This document shows, piece by piece, positions 17,699-26,966 of a stretch of 37,868 nt of DNA. Both the position numbers and the translations under genes were made by a program. The stretch is taken from assembly GCA_040904565.1 (NCBI GenBank), contig JBBDTI010000046.1, positions 1 through 37,868 of the forward strand, written 5' to 3'. Each line of letters opens with the position of its first letter. Within the stretch, counting starts at the first letter, position 1. The DNA is from Rhodothermales bacterium. Its GTDB lineage: Bacteria; Bacteroidota; Rhodothermia; Rhodothermales; VXPQ01. The notes beneath the pieces are model-generated. The model was not told the origin of the DNA. It worked only from the letters and a program-made list of their open reading frames with translations, and did no database searches.

Positions 17699-18706
17699 AT
17701 GGCACGACCTGTAACGCTGTTTACCGGACAATGGGCCGACATGCCGATCGAGACGCTGGCCAGAAAGGCGTCCGAATGGGGCTACGACGGCCTCGAGCTG
17801 GCTTGCTGGGGCGATCATTTCGAAGTGGATAAAGCGCTGTCGGACGACAGCTATTGCCAGAGTCGGCACGACCTGCTGGGTAAATATGGGCTTAAGGTAT
17901 GGGCCGTCAGCAATCACCTCGTCGGCCAGGCGGTGTGCGACCCGATCGACGAGCGCCACGAGGCCATCCTGCCGGAGTACGTGTGGGGGGATGGTGATCC
18001 CGAGGGGGTCCGGCAGCGAGCCGCGGAGGAGCTTCAGAACACGGCGCGCGCGGCAGCGAAACTGGGTGTGGATGTCGTCAATGGATTTACGGGCAGTTCG
18101 ATCTGGCACCTGCTCTATTCATTCCCGCCGAACAAGCCGGGTATGATCGATGACGGATTCGCGGACTTTGCGGAACGCTTCCATCCGATACTGGACGTGT
18201 TCGACAAAGAAGGCATCGTTTTCGGGCTCGAGGTGCATCCGACGGAAATCGCCTTCGATATCGTGACGGCGCAACGTGCTCTGGACGCGCTCGACGGCCG
18301 AAAAGCCTTCGGATTCAACTACGATCCGAGCCATTTCGGATACCAGGGAGTCGACTACGTCCGATTCATCGAGGCGTTTGCCGATCGGATCTATCACGTA
18401 CACATCAAAGACGTCTGGTGGTCGGAGATTCCGAGAAAGTCCGGCGTCTTCGGAGGACACCTCGAGTTCGGCGATCTGGAACGGTACTGGGACTTTCGTT
18501 CGCCCGGTCGCGGCCTGATCAACTTCGAGGAGATTGTACGTGCGCTCAACCGTATCGGGTACGGCGGACCGCTCAGCATCGAGTGGGAAGACAGCGGGAT
18601 GGACCGGGAGCATGGCGCCGCGGAAGCATGTCTCTTCACGCGTGACGTCGACTTCCGTCCGGCTGAAGGAGCCTTCGATGCCGCCTTCGCGAAGGACGAG
18701 GCCTGA
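17699..18706 (+). CDS. Sugar phosphate isomerase/epimerase (xylose-isomerase-like TIM barrel, AP_endonuc_2)
   Basis: GYDGLEL; metal ligands in LEVHP, YDPSH, HVHIKD and SIEWED; GGAGG RBS upstream. Confidence 0.92.
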   Translation: MARPVTLFTGQWADMPIETLARKASEWGYDGLELACWGDHFEVDKALSDDSYCQSRHDLLGKYGLKVWAVSNHLVGQAVCDPIDERHEAILPEYVWGDGDPEGVRQRAAEELQNTARAAAKLGVDVVNGFTGSSIWHLLYSFPPNKPGMIDDGFADFAERFHPILDVFDKEGIVFGLEVHPTEIAFDIVTAQRALDALDGRKAFGFNYDPSHFGYQGVDYVRFIEAFADRIYHVHIKDVWWSEIPRKSGVFGGHLEFGDLERYWDFRSPGRGLINFEEIVRALNRIGYGGPLSIEWEDSGMDREHGAAEACLFTRDVDFRPAEGAFDAAFAKDEA

Positions 18707-18709
18707 TGT

Positions 18710-19054
18710 ATGCCGAGATTCCTGCGCGTGGCCAATATCGGCATGCTGGTGCTTTTTACAGCCTGGGTCGGGTTTCAATACAACGATCCGGATGCGCTGC
18801 TCTGGGTCGCCGTTTACGGCGCCGCGGCGATCGAATGCGTCCTCTTCATGCTCGGACGATTTTCGCGGGCTCTCGGTGTCGCCTACATGCTTCTATGTCT
18901 GCTCTGGGCGCCCATACTGGCCGTTCGGGTCGTGCTCGACGGCGCATTCATCTTTGACGAGCAGGGGCGTGAGATGATGGGGTTGCTGATCTGCGCGGGG
19001 TGGACATTCGTCCTTTACCACAACGCGGAGCGCGGCCCGTTGAACGGCTCATAG
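18710..19054 (+). CDS. Transmembrane 220 (TMEM220) family protein
   Basis: QYNDPD..LWVAVY and EQGREMMGLLI motifs; four TM helices; starts 3 nt after the upstream stop. Confidence 0.8.
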   Translation: MPRFLRVANIGMLVLFTAWVGFQYNDPDALLWVAVYGAAAIECVLFMLGRFSRALGVAYMLLCLLWAPILAVRVVLDGAFIFDEQGREMMGLLICAGWTFVLYHNAERGPLNGS

Positions 19055-19089
19055 CCCTGGCGAATCCATACGTATCACACAGCGCCTGT

Positions 19090-19128
19090 AGGGGCGGGAG
19101 GTTTCATGCCTTCCGCCCTTAATTTTTT
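19090..19128 (+). terminator. Rho-independent terminator closing the oxidoreductase cluster
   Basis: AGGGGCGGGAGG-TTTCATG-CCTTCCGCCCTT followed by AATTTTTT. Confidence 0.75.
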
Positions 19129-19220
19129 CAGGTAACCGGCCGATACCCTGCGTACGACGCTCACGTGCAAACACGGGGCAATCAAGCCATACTGGCCTAG
19201 TTTGTCGAGAAGCCATCGAG

Positions 19221-21188
19221 ATGGAAGTACGTCCAACGAATACGCGCACGGCAGTGGAAGATCTTCGTCCGGACGTCGCCATAGACGTGACGCAGCAACG
19301 CACGTCCGACGACCGCCTTGCTCGGATCGCAGGTACGCTCGCACGGGCACTCGGCGTGCCGATGGCATGCGTCTACGTGAACGAGGAGGGAGGCCGGCGT
19401 ATCGGTTACGGACATCGCGACGACGGGCTTGACGAGTATGTCGCAACGATCGACCTGGACGACGAGTCGACCGGCCCTATTGTAGCAGGTCCCCGCGATT
19501 CGCGATCCGGCGGCGACGGCGCCGCCATACAAAGCTTCGCGGCCGTTCCGTTCGGTGGTGCGAGGAATGACGCAGGTTACGTCTGCGTAGCCGATTACCG
19601 GGATCGGCACTTTGATACGGACGAGCTGGAGCTTCTCGAGCAATTCTCTGCACTGGCCCAGGATGAGGTCGAGCAACGATCGACGATTCGGACGCTTCGA
19701 CGGGAAGAGCAGCGTTTCCGCGCCGTAACGGAGAACGCGCTCGACGTAGTCGCTATCCTGGATCCGGCCGCCGTGTTTCAGTATCTGTCACATTCTGCTA
19801 CCGGGGTACTCGGTATTTCTCCGTCGGACGGTATCGGAAGAAGCTTGTTCGATGGGGTGCTGCAGGACGACGCCGAGGTGCTGGCTGCCGGCCTTGCTGA
19901 CGGCTCGACCGTTGGGGACAAGATCGATATAGAATATCGCTACATCCATCCCGATGGAGGACTCCGCTACCTCCGGCTTCGTGGCCGCAATCTGGTGGCT
20001 CGAACGGGCGTGGAAGGATTCATCGTCCACATTCGCGACGCAACCGAGCGCGTACATTTCGAGGAGGAACTGCGCAAGTCTCGTGACCAGGCGGAGGAGA
20101 TGAGCCGGCTGAAGTCGGTATTCCTCACGAACATGAGTCATGAGATTCGAACGCCGCTCACCACGATCCTGGGATTCGCGGAAATCCTCGAAGATGAAGT
20201 AGGAGAAGACGAACGCGAATTCGTACGTCTCATACAGCAGGGCGGACAGCGGTTGCTGGATACGCTCATGTCCATCCTCGACCTTGCACGGCTCGAGTCG
20301 AGCAGTTTCGAGATCAATCTGGAAGAGTTCGACATCGCGAAAAAAGTCTGGGAGACCTGTCTTCTGCTCGAGCCGCTTGCCCAGGAAAAGGGCCTCCAGC
20401 TCAGGGTGGAAACACCTGACGAACCGATCCCGGCGGTGCTGGACATATCCGCCGTCGAGCGGGTCGTGAGCAATCTTGTCAGCAACGGGATCAAGTTTAC
20501 CTCCGAAGGCGGCGTTACGCTGCGGATGGAGGCAGATGTAGAACACGTGCTCATTCACGTGGAAGACACAGGAATCGGCGTTAGCGACGAGTTCATGCCG
20601 TTCCTTTTCGATGAGTTTAAACAGGAGTCGGAGGGCCTCTCCCGCATCCACGAAGGAAGCGGTCTGGGCCTACCCATAACGAAACGTCTAGTACAACTGA
20701 TGAAGGGTGATATCATGGCCGATAGTGTGAAAGGAACGGGATCCGTCTTTACGGTCGCCCTTCCACGAAATGGGGAGGCTCCCAGTGGAGGCGACGGCGC
20801 CGGCACGGAGTCGCCAGGTAAGCCGCGCGTGCTGGTGGTAGAGGACAACGCAGATACCCGCACGCTGGTAAACCACCTGCTGCGGAAAAATTACGAGGTC
20901 GTGTGTGCGTCCGATGCGGACGAGGCACTGAAGCTCGCCTCGGAAAGCCAATTCGTGGCGCTGCTCGTGGACATCAACCTCGGCAAGGGGAAAAGCGGGG
21001 AAGACGTCCTTCACGACATTAAGGCGCTACCGGCCTACGAGGACACGCCGTGCGTAGCCGTTACGGCATATGCCATGCCGGGGGATCGGGAGCGGTTCTT
21101 TTCGGAGGGCTTTGACGATTACGTGAGCAAGCCCTTTTCGAAACAGCGTCTTCTGGAGGCTCTCGAGGGCGTGCTCGACGATAGCTAG
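19221..21188 (+). CDS. Cytoplasmic hybrid sensor kinase (degenerate GAF-PAS-HisKA-HATPase-REC)
   Basis: FLTNMSHEIRTPL, NLVSNGIKFT, DTGIG and GSGLGL; REC motifs VLVVEDN, DINL, VTAYA and SKP; no TM segment. Confidence 0.93.
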   Translation: MEVRPTNTRTAVEDLRPDVAIDVTQQRTSDDRLARIAGTLARALGVPMACVYVNEEGGRRIGYGHRDDGLDEYVATIDLDDESTGPIVAGPRDSRSGGDGAAIQSFAAVPFGGARNDAGYVCVADYRDRHFDTDELELLEQFSALAQDEVEQRSTIRTLRREEQRFRAVTENALDVVAILDPAAVFQYLSHSATGVLGISPSDGIGRSLFDGVLQDDAEVLAAGLADGSTVGDKIDIEYRYIHPDGGLRYLRLRGRNLVARTGVEGFIVHIRDATERVHFEEELRKSRDQAEEMSRLKSVFLTNMSHEIRTPLTTILGFAEILEDEVGEDEREFVRLIQQGGQRLLDTLMSILDLARLESSSFEINLEEFDIAKKVWETCLLLEPLAQEKGLQLRVETPDEPIPAVLDISAVERVVSNLVSNGIKFTSEGGVTLRMEADVEHVLIHVEDTGIGVSDEFMPFLFDEFKQESEGLSRIHEGSGLGLPITKRLVQLMKGDIMADSVKGTGSVFTVALPRNGEAPSGGDGAGTESPGKPRVLVVEDNADTRTLVNHLLRKNYEVVCASDADEALKLASESQFVALLVDINLGKGKSGEDVLHDIKALPAYEDTPCVAVTAYAMPGDRERFFSEGFDDYVSKPFSKQRLLEALEGVLDDS

Positions 21189-21447
21189 CCGCTGGATGTA
21201 CGAGCGGATAAGGGAGCCCTTACCGCTGTGCCGCTTCGGAGAGGTACCGGGATAGGCCGCACGCTCGGAAAGCCGTGCGATCGGAACATTCCGAGAGGGA
21301 TGATACGTAGCGATAATCTCCACGCTACTGTTTCGGTGCCAGCATCAGGGTGTCGGCATCCGGTGCCCGCACTGCGGTCGCACCGGATCGGTCACCGTGA
21401 TCCGCGGCTCCCCTCGCTTCTCATCGCAGCGTTCACCGCGCGTCTTT

Positions 21448-22203
21448 ATGCCGGGCCTCTTCTCGCTTGCTGAGAGATCCTTCGCCGTCGAGCAGATGGA
21501 CGATCTTTCGATACGTGACGCGCGTATCGAGAACGCCCTGTACGAGATCCGGTACGTCAATCGTTACCTGGGAGGCTATCGCGCGTTAAAGAAAGCGCTG
21601 CGTCCGGTCCTGGATACATGGAACGGCAAGCGCCTGACCGTTCTCGATCTCGGGGCGGGACTTGCAGACTATGCCGTGGAACTCGTTCGGTGGGGGCGTC
21701 GGCGCGGCGTCGCCGTCGACGTGACGGCGGTCGACGCGAACCCCGAAGCCGTTCGATGTGCACAGGCGTACCTCGACAGGCGGTTGTCACCCGCTTTGCG
21801 GCGATCGGTTCGAGCCCTCGTCGCGGACGCACTGCATCCGCCGTTTTCGGCCGGTACGTTTCACATCACGACGGCCTCGCTCTTTCTACACCATTTCCGT
21901 GACGACGAGGCCGTTCGGCTCCTGCGCGTCATGGATCGGACGGCCTCGTTGGGTATCGTCGTCAACGACCTGCATCGGCATCCCCTCGCGCTTGCGGGCA
22001 TCCGATCGATTGCAGCCGTGTTGCCCGTGTCGCCTATGTTTCGGCACGACGGGCCACTGTCCGTTCGCCGTGCGTTCCGGCCGGAGGAATTGCAGTCGCT
22101 CGCCGGGCAGGCAGGCCTGCGCAACGTAGCCGTCCGACGCCACTGGGCATTCCGAGTGACGCTGTCGACCCTGCCGGACGGGAGGATCGATACCTCGCCA
22201 TGA
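21448..22203 (+). CDS. Class I SAM methyltransferase-domain protein (type usually next to type III PKS)
   Basis: E.MDD...L.EIRYVNRYLGG, VLDLGAGLAD, SLFLHHF.DDE, VVNDLHR and HDGPLSVRRAF. Confidence 0.85.
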   Translation: MPGLFSLAERSFAVEQMDDLSIRDARIENALYEIRYVNRYLGGYRALKKALRPVLDTWNGKRLTVLDLGAGLADYAVELVRWGRRRGVAVDVTAVDANPEAVRCAQAYLDRRLSPALRRSVRALVADALHPPFSAGTFHITTASLFLHHFRDDEAVRLLRVMDRTASLGIVVNDLHRHPLALAGIRSIAAVLPVSPMFRHDGPLSVRRAFRPEELQSLAGQAGLRNVAVRRHWAFRVTLSTLPDGRIDTSP

Positions 22204-23321
22204 ATGCGCTCGATCATGACGTTGTGATTGTCGGCGGGGGGCCGGCGGGATCTTCCGCCGCCGCGCACCTGGCGCGCGAAGGACATGACGTGCTGCTTCT
22301 GGAAAAAGCGTCGTTCCCGCGACAGAAGCTGTGCGGGGAATTTCTATCAACGGAGGTAGCCGGACTCTGTAGCAACCTGGGCGTGTTGAATGATATGGTG
22401 GAAGCCGGGGCGCGCCGCATCTCCACCCTCGAACTTACCGGTATGGATGGACCGGCCTTCCGCTGCCGGCTGCCCGGTACGGCGTATGCCCTCAGTCGTC
22501 GATCTTTCGATAATCTGCTGTTCCAGCACGCTCGTCGAGCAGGTGCGCATGCGTGCGACGGTGAATCCGTCCGCTCCATTCATGGTGATCTTCAGCAGGG
22601 GTTCCGCGTCGAGACAGATTCCCGCACCGTCACGGCAACCGTGGTGCTCGGTGCCTACGGCCGACGGTCTCGGCTCGATCGACATCTCCAGCGCGGGTTT
22701 CTCGATCGGCAGACCTCCTTTGTCGGATTTAAAGCGCCATTTTCAGGTCCCGTGCGCGAGGGAACCATCGAGCTTCATACCTTCGATATGGGATACTGCG
22801 GACTGATTGGAGACGAATGTGGAACGGTCAATGTCTGCTGGCTGGCACGTGCCGATCGCCTGCGTGAGGCGGGAGGATCCCCGGAAAGCATGCTCGGCAG
22901 CGTCCTGTCAACCAATCCCCATCTGCGGGCGCGCTTCGGCGAGTTGGATCGGGTGGGAGCCTTCCTGGCCGTCGGGCAACTCTCTTTCATGCCCAAATCC
23001 CTCTTCGTATCGGACGTGTGCATGATCGGAGACGCCGCCGGAATGATCGCGCCGCTGTGCGGAGATGGAATGGGCATGGCGCTGCGATCGGGCGAAATGG
23101 CAGCATCTCTCGTTGATGCCTATCTGTCGGGAAGGTGTTCCGCCGGCGCGTTTAAGTCCGCATACCGCACGAGGTGGACGCGCGAGTTCGCAATGCGGAT
23201 GCGAATCGGACGGTGGCTCAACGGGGTATTGACGCGCTCGACGCTGAGTACGTGGGCCGTGAAAGCCGCGCGACGTGCTCCGCGTGTGGCAGGAGCCGTC
23301 ATTTCCGCAACGAGGGGATGA
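22200..23321 (+). CDS. NAD(P)/FAD-dependent oxidoreductase (geranylgeranyl reductase/halogenase-like flavoprotein)
   Basis: DVVIVGGGPAGS, LEKASFPRQKLCGEFLS and IGDAAGMIAPLCGDGMGMALRSG; ATGA overlap with the methyltransferase. Confidence 0.9.
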   Translation: MNALDHDVVIVGGGPAGSSAAAHLAREGHDVLLLEKASFPRQKLCGEFLSTEVAGLCSNLGVLNDMVEAGARRISTLELTGMDGPAFRCRLPGTAYALSRRSFDNLLFQHARRAGAHACDGESVRSIHGDLQQGFRVETDSRTVTATVVLGAYGRRSRLDRHLQRGFLDRQTSFVGFKAPFSGPVREGTIELHTFDMGYCGLIGDECGTVNVCWLARADRLREAGGSPESMLGSVLSTNPHLRARFGELDRVGAFLAVGQLSFMPKSLFVSDVCMIGDAAGMIAPLCGDGMGMALRSGEMAASLVDAYLSGRCSAGAFKSAYRTRWTREFAMRMRIGRWLNGVLTRSTLSTWAVKAARRAPRVAGAVISATRG

Positions 23322-23403
23322 CGTTCCGAAGTGCAGTTGTATCCGGCGGCCTCCTTTGCCTTACATTGCATGCCGTATATTGTCCACGCTTACCACGTCC
23401 GCC

Positions 23404-24216
23404 ATGCGTCGTCTCATGCCGTCGCCCATGCCGCGATGCGTAGTAGCCTCGTTCTGTGTCTGTATGTTGCTTGCTGCGGCTGCGCTGCCGGTACATGCCC
23501 AGACGGATAATGTCGATCCCTATCGCTTCTGGAAATGGCCGGCTGCTGATGCCGTCGCCCTCGGCAAGAGTATGGCGTCCACGGGCGTTATATATGGGGT
23601 CGGCGGTGGCGTTCTCCTCATGCTGGCGGCACCGCATGATCCGCACGTCACGGCGGAACTCTCTGCGCTCCCACCGGCTCCTGCCGATCTGGTCGTTCGC
23701 GTCATTGAAGAATTCGGTAACGTTCGAGCCGTCAGGCCCGTAGCGGGCGTTATCTTCCTGGGATCGCTGATCACGGAGGACCGTCGCTTTCAGGACGCTG
23801 CGTTTACGTCACTCGAAGCCATCATGTTTGCCAACGTAATCACGGGTGGACTCAAATCGGTATTCGGGCGGGCCCGTCCGTTTCAGGACAAGGGCGCCGT
23901 GCATTTCGACCCGTTCTCGGGAAATACCTCTTTTCCGTCCGGTCACTCCACCACGGCATTTGCATTCGTCACGCCTTGGTTGCTGTATTATCCTGATACG
24001 TTTACGCCTGGACTCCTGCTGTTGAGTGCCGGGACGGCGTTTTCGAGGATGCTTACACAAAATCACTGGTTTACGGACGTTGTGGCCGGCAGCACGATCG
24101 GTTTCGCCACGGCCTATTATCTCGTGGGCAGGCACAAAGATGCCTCGCGCGTTGGCGTGGCACCCATTGTGAGCGGGGAACAGGTGGGGATCACTGTGTC
24201 GATACCGATAGAGTAG
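23404..24216 (+). CDS. PAP2-family phosphatase with signal peptide
   Basis: KSVFGRARP, FPSGH and SRMLTQNHWFTDV catalytic motifs; VHA|QT cleavage site. Start could be 23404, 23416 or 23428. Confidence 0.88.
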   Translation: MRRLMPSPMPRCVVASFCVCMLLAAAALPVHAQTDNVDPYRFWKWPAADAVALGKSMASTGVIYGVGGGVLLMLAAPHDPHVTAELSALPPAPADLVVRVIEEFGNVRAVRPVAGVIFLGSLITEDRRFQDAAFTSLEAIMFANVITGGLKSVFGRARPFQDKGAVHFDPFSGNTSFPSGHSTTAFAFVTPWLLYYPDTFTPGLLLLSAGTAFSRMLTQNHWFTDVVAGSTIGFATAYYLVGRHKDASRVGVAPIVSGEQVGITVSIPIE

Positions 24217-24273
24217 GGGCCTGAAGGGTCTGATCTAGTCGTCCGACACGGTCGCCCGCCTCCGCCCCAATTT

Positions 24274-25221
24274 CTATCCGGCGTCGGCTGCCCGCCTGAT
24301 TCGATCCATAATGGCCGCTCCGAGACCCTGCGGCGCTACGCGCTGGCAGTAGATCACCTCGACTCCAATCTCGTCGCAGCGACGCATGAAGTCGAAGATT
24401 TCGTGGGCATATGCCTCGAGTGAGGGTGCGATTTCCGCGATACGGAACGTGCCGGCGTTCGACGGTGCATCCAGACCGATGTAGGCGGCGGGGCCAGCGA
24501 ATTTGGTCGGAGGTGCGTCGACGAGGACGACGCGGCCTCGCGGGGCGTAATGGCGATGCCGGGTTCCCGGACTCCTTGCCAGGACGGCGTTATCGGACGT
24601 ACGGAGGTGGCTGAGGGAGACGACCTCTGCAAGGTCCGCCGCGGATACGGCTCCCGTTCGGAGCACGACGACAGGGTCGCTCGTGCAGTCCACCACGGTC
24701 GATTCGAGACCGACCGGCGACCGTCCGCCGCGCAGCACGCACCGAATCCGTCCGTCGAGGTCTTGCAGTACCGCTTCATGCGTCGTGGAGCTGGGGCGGC
24801 CCGATCGGTTCGCCGAGGGCGCTGCGACAGGTCGCCCACAGGCTTCCAGGAATTCGTGGCATATGGGATGCCGCGGCATGCGCACGCCGACGGTGGAGAG
24901 TCCGGCCGTAACGACGTCAGGGATGCGCTCGCTCTTTGGGAGCACGAGCGTCAGCGGTCCCGGGAAGAAGGCATCTATCAGCTTCCGTGCAGACGCAGGA
25001 ACGAAGGAGGCGACGTCGTGGATCTGGGCATGTGTGGCGACGTGGACGATGAGTGGGTTGTCGGACGGACGCCCCTTTGCCGTGAATATCTTCTCGACAG
25101 CGAGCGGATTAACGGCGTCGGCCCCCAGTCCGTAGACGGTTTCCGTAGGAAAGGCGACGACCTCGCCTGCCCGGAGAAAGGCGGCGGCATCTGCAGGCGA
25201 ATCTGTCACGATAGTCTTCAT
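24274..25221 (-). CDS. sua5: L-threonylcarbamoyladenylate synthase, Sua5 type
   Basis: VAFPTETVYGLGA, KGRPSDNPLIVH, PGPLT, APSANRSG and ESTVVD; C-terminal SUA5 domain after SPG..HRHYAP. Confidence 0.95.
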   Translation of the reverse strand: MKTIVTDSPADAAAFLRAGEVVAFPTETVYGLGADAVNPLAVEKIFTAKGRPSDNPLIVHVATHAQIHDVASFVPASARKLIDAFFPGPLTLVLPKSERIPDVVTAGLSTVGVRMPRHPICHEFLEACGRPVAAPSANRSGRPSSTTHEAVLQDLDGRIRCVLRGGRSPVGLESTVVDCTSDPVVVLRTGAVSAADLAEVVSLSHLRTSDNAVLARSPGTRHRHYAPRGRVVLVDAPPTKFAGPAAYIGLDAPSNAGTFRIAEIAPSLEAYAHEIFDFMRRCDEIGVEVIYCQRVAPQGLGAAIMDRIRRAADAG

Positions 25222-25335
25222 CGTGCAGGCATACGTACGATCCTCCACATCCGGTTCCGGTTGTCCGGAGGCTCTACCTACACGGGACTCGGCGATACGC
25301 AACGTTCGGGAGTGCACCAGCTGACCGCTGTAGTG

Positions 25336-26841
25336 CTACCAGCCGATTCGGCGAGGGCGGACCTGCGCACCGTCAGGTTCGGAACGGGCGTCGTCCTCCA
25401 CGCCGCGGTCGGGGCCCGATTCGGACGCGCTCGGCGACTCGGATGTCCTGTGCGATTCGGAGGACGCGTTTGGCGCCTCGGCCGCGCTCGCCGAATTAGA
25501 TGCTCGATCAGACGCCTGTCGTACAGGTACGTCGGCAGCGGCATCAGCCTCGCTCGCGCGGCCTGATTGCTCGCTTGCGCCGTCCGTACGCGTCGCCATC
25601 TCGCCGACTCTACGCGCGGACGCTTCCGCGACGTGCACGCCGGCACCGGAGGCGTCGTCCAGGCGGGATAGCTCCACACCGGCGAAATAGAAGTTCAGTA
25701 TATCGGTATAACTGTTCCCGCGCTGAGCCATATCGTGGGCACCCCACTGGCTCAGCCCCACGCCGTGGCCGAAACCGCGCCCCTCGAACACGTATTCGTT
25801 CCCGTCTCGGCGCGCATCGAAGAGGGTACTGCGGATGGATCGAGCTCCGAAGAGGCGGGTGGCAAGCAGTCGAAACTCGTTCCCGTTAATCGTCTGTCGA
25901 GAACCGTCGGCATGCAGCAGCGCAATCGACGTCACACGCCCATCCGGGCTTCGTTCGCCGATGACGAAGCCATTGATATCTTGCCCGTACGCGCTGCGGA
26001 GCTCCGCCAGGAGGCGCGGTCGCGAAATACGGGTCGACCAAGCTGCATGCGGCGAGGTGTCCCCATAGGGGTCCGGTTTGCCTCGCAGATAGGGAAGGGG
26101 AGGACCGTCCCACACCGTTTCGTTGTCGGCGGTATGTCCACCACTCGTAGAAAAGTATACAGCCCTGACGAGTTCATCGTCGTACGTTAGCACCTGACCT
26201 CCGGTCTGTCGCGTCGCCTCTAGCGAAACGGGCGTGACGCGGTCGAGTCCGCCGTAGACCTGAGAGAGTGTGTGGTCGACGTGGTCGTATTCCGGACCAT
26301 ATTTGCCCAGGGCGCCGAGCGTGTACGTGCGCACGAGCACCGCCATCGCCTTGGCTCCGGCCAGATCGTCGAAGCCGTACTCCGATGCGACGACAGATGC
26401 TACGTATTCCTCCAGTGGCACCTCGTTGATCAGCTGAATCTCCCAATCGCTCCCGTCCGCCGTGACGAACAGGCGTCCGGCATACCGGCGCAACCTTCCA
26501 CCGGTCGCATCATCCCGAATCTCGACGCCGAAGTGGGCGCCGTCCTCCGGCTCGACTCGCAGCGAGGCGGCAAAGAGGGCCAGTCCGTCTACCTCTACGT
26601 GCAGCTGGTTGCTTGCCCGGGAGACGAGAGCCTTATGTTCCGGCAGGAGCTGCATCAGGGGCTCCTCGTGGTCGCCGGCATGGAGCCGCACGGAGCCGTC
26701 ATGCGCAGAAAGCGCGATGGTCACCGGTTCGTTCAGATCGAGCAACCGAATCCGCACATCGCGTTCCTGAGCGGATGCTGGTCCGACGGCAAGGGCGAGC
26801 ATCAACATGAAGGCGATCGTGGAGTGCGTCGAACGCATCAT
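25336..26841 (-). CDS. SpoIID/LytB domain protein (secreted peptidoglycan lytic transglycosylase-like)
   Basis: Signal peptide (ASA|QE); INEVPLEEYV..VVASE, KAMAV..RTY, SQVYGG, STSGGHT and GRGFGHGVGLSQWGA; low-complexity C-terminal tail. Confidence 0.92.
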   Translation of the reverse strand: MMRSTHSTIAFMLMLALAVGPASAQERDVRIRLLDLNEPVTIALSAHDGSVRLHAGDHEEPLMQLLPEHKALVSRASNQLHVEVDGLALFAASLRVEPEDGAHFGVEIRDDATGGRLRRYAGRLFVTADGSDWEIQLINEVPLEEYVASVVASEYGFDDLAGAKAMAVLVRTYTLGALGKYGPEYDHVDHTLSQVYGGLDRVTPVSLEATRQTGGQVLTYDDELVRAVYFSTSGGHTADNETVWDGPPLPYLRGKPDPYGDTSPHAAWSTRISRPRLLAELRSAYGQDINGFVIGERSPDGRVTSIALLHADGSRQTINGNEFRLLATRLFGARSIRSTLFDARRDGNEYVFEGRGFGHGVGLSQWGAHDMAQRGNSYTDILNFYFAGVELSRLDDASGAGVHVAEASARRVGEMATRTDGASEQSGRASEADAAADVPVRQASDRASNSASAAEAPNASSESHRTSESPSASESGPDRGVEDDARSEPDGAQVRPRRIGW

Positions 26842-26966
26842 GATGAACAGCGAATGGGATGGGGCATGTGTTAGTAAGCCGAAGGTCGATCGTAGGGAAT
26901 GTATACGATTTCGAAGATATGGTTCACATACGGCTCCAGGCGGTGCGGAGAGGGTGAACGTCCGAT

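Noticed and set aside
21203-21230. Cobalamin-riboswitch-like AGGGA...CCGCTGT words
   Set aside because: The spacing and other core elements (GGTG..AATCC, B12 box) are missing, and the downstream genes are not B12-related.
22200-23321. Flavin-dependent halogenase call
   Set aside because: The WxWxIP motif is absent (GYCGLI in that region); left as a generic flavoprotein.
15572-24216. Genomic island downstream of tRNA-Pro
   Set aside because: No integrase, no duplicated tRNA end found and no obvious compositional shift by eye.
24550-25566. 338-aa + strand ORF across sua5 and spoIID
   Set aside because: Arg-rich antisense shadow of two well-supported genes.
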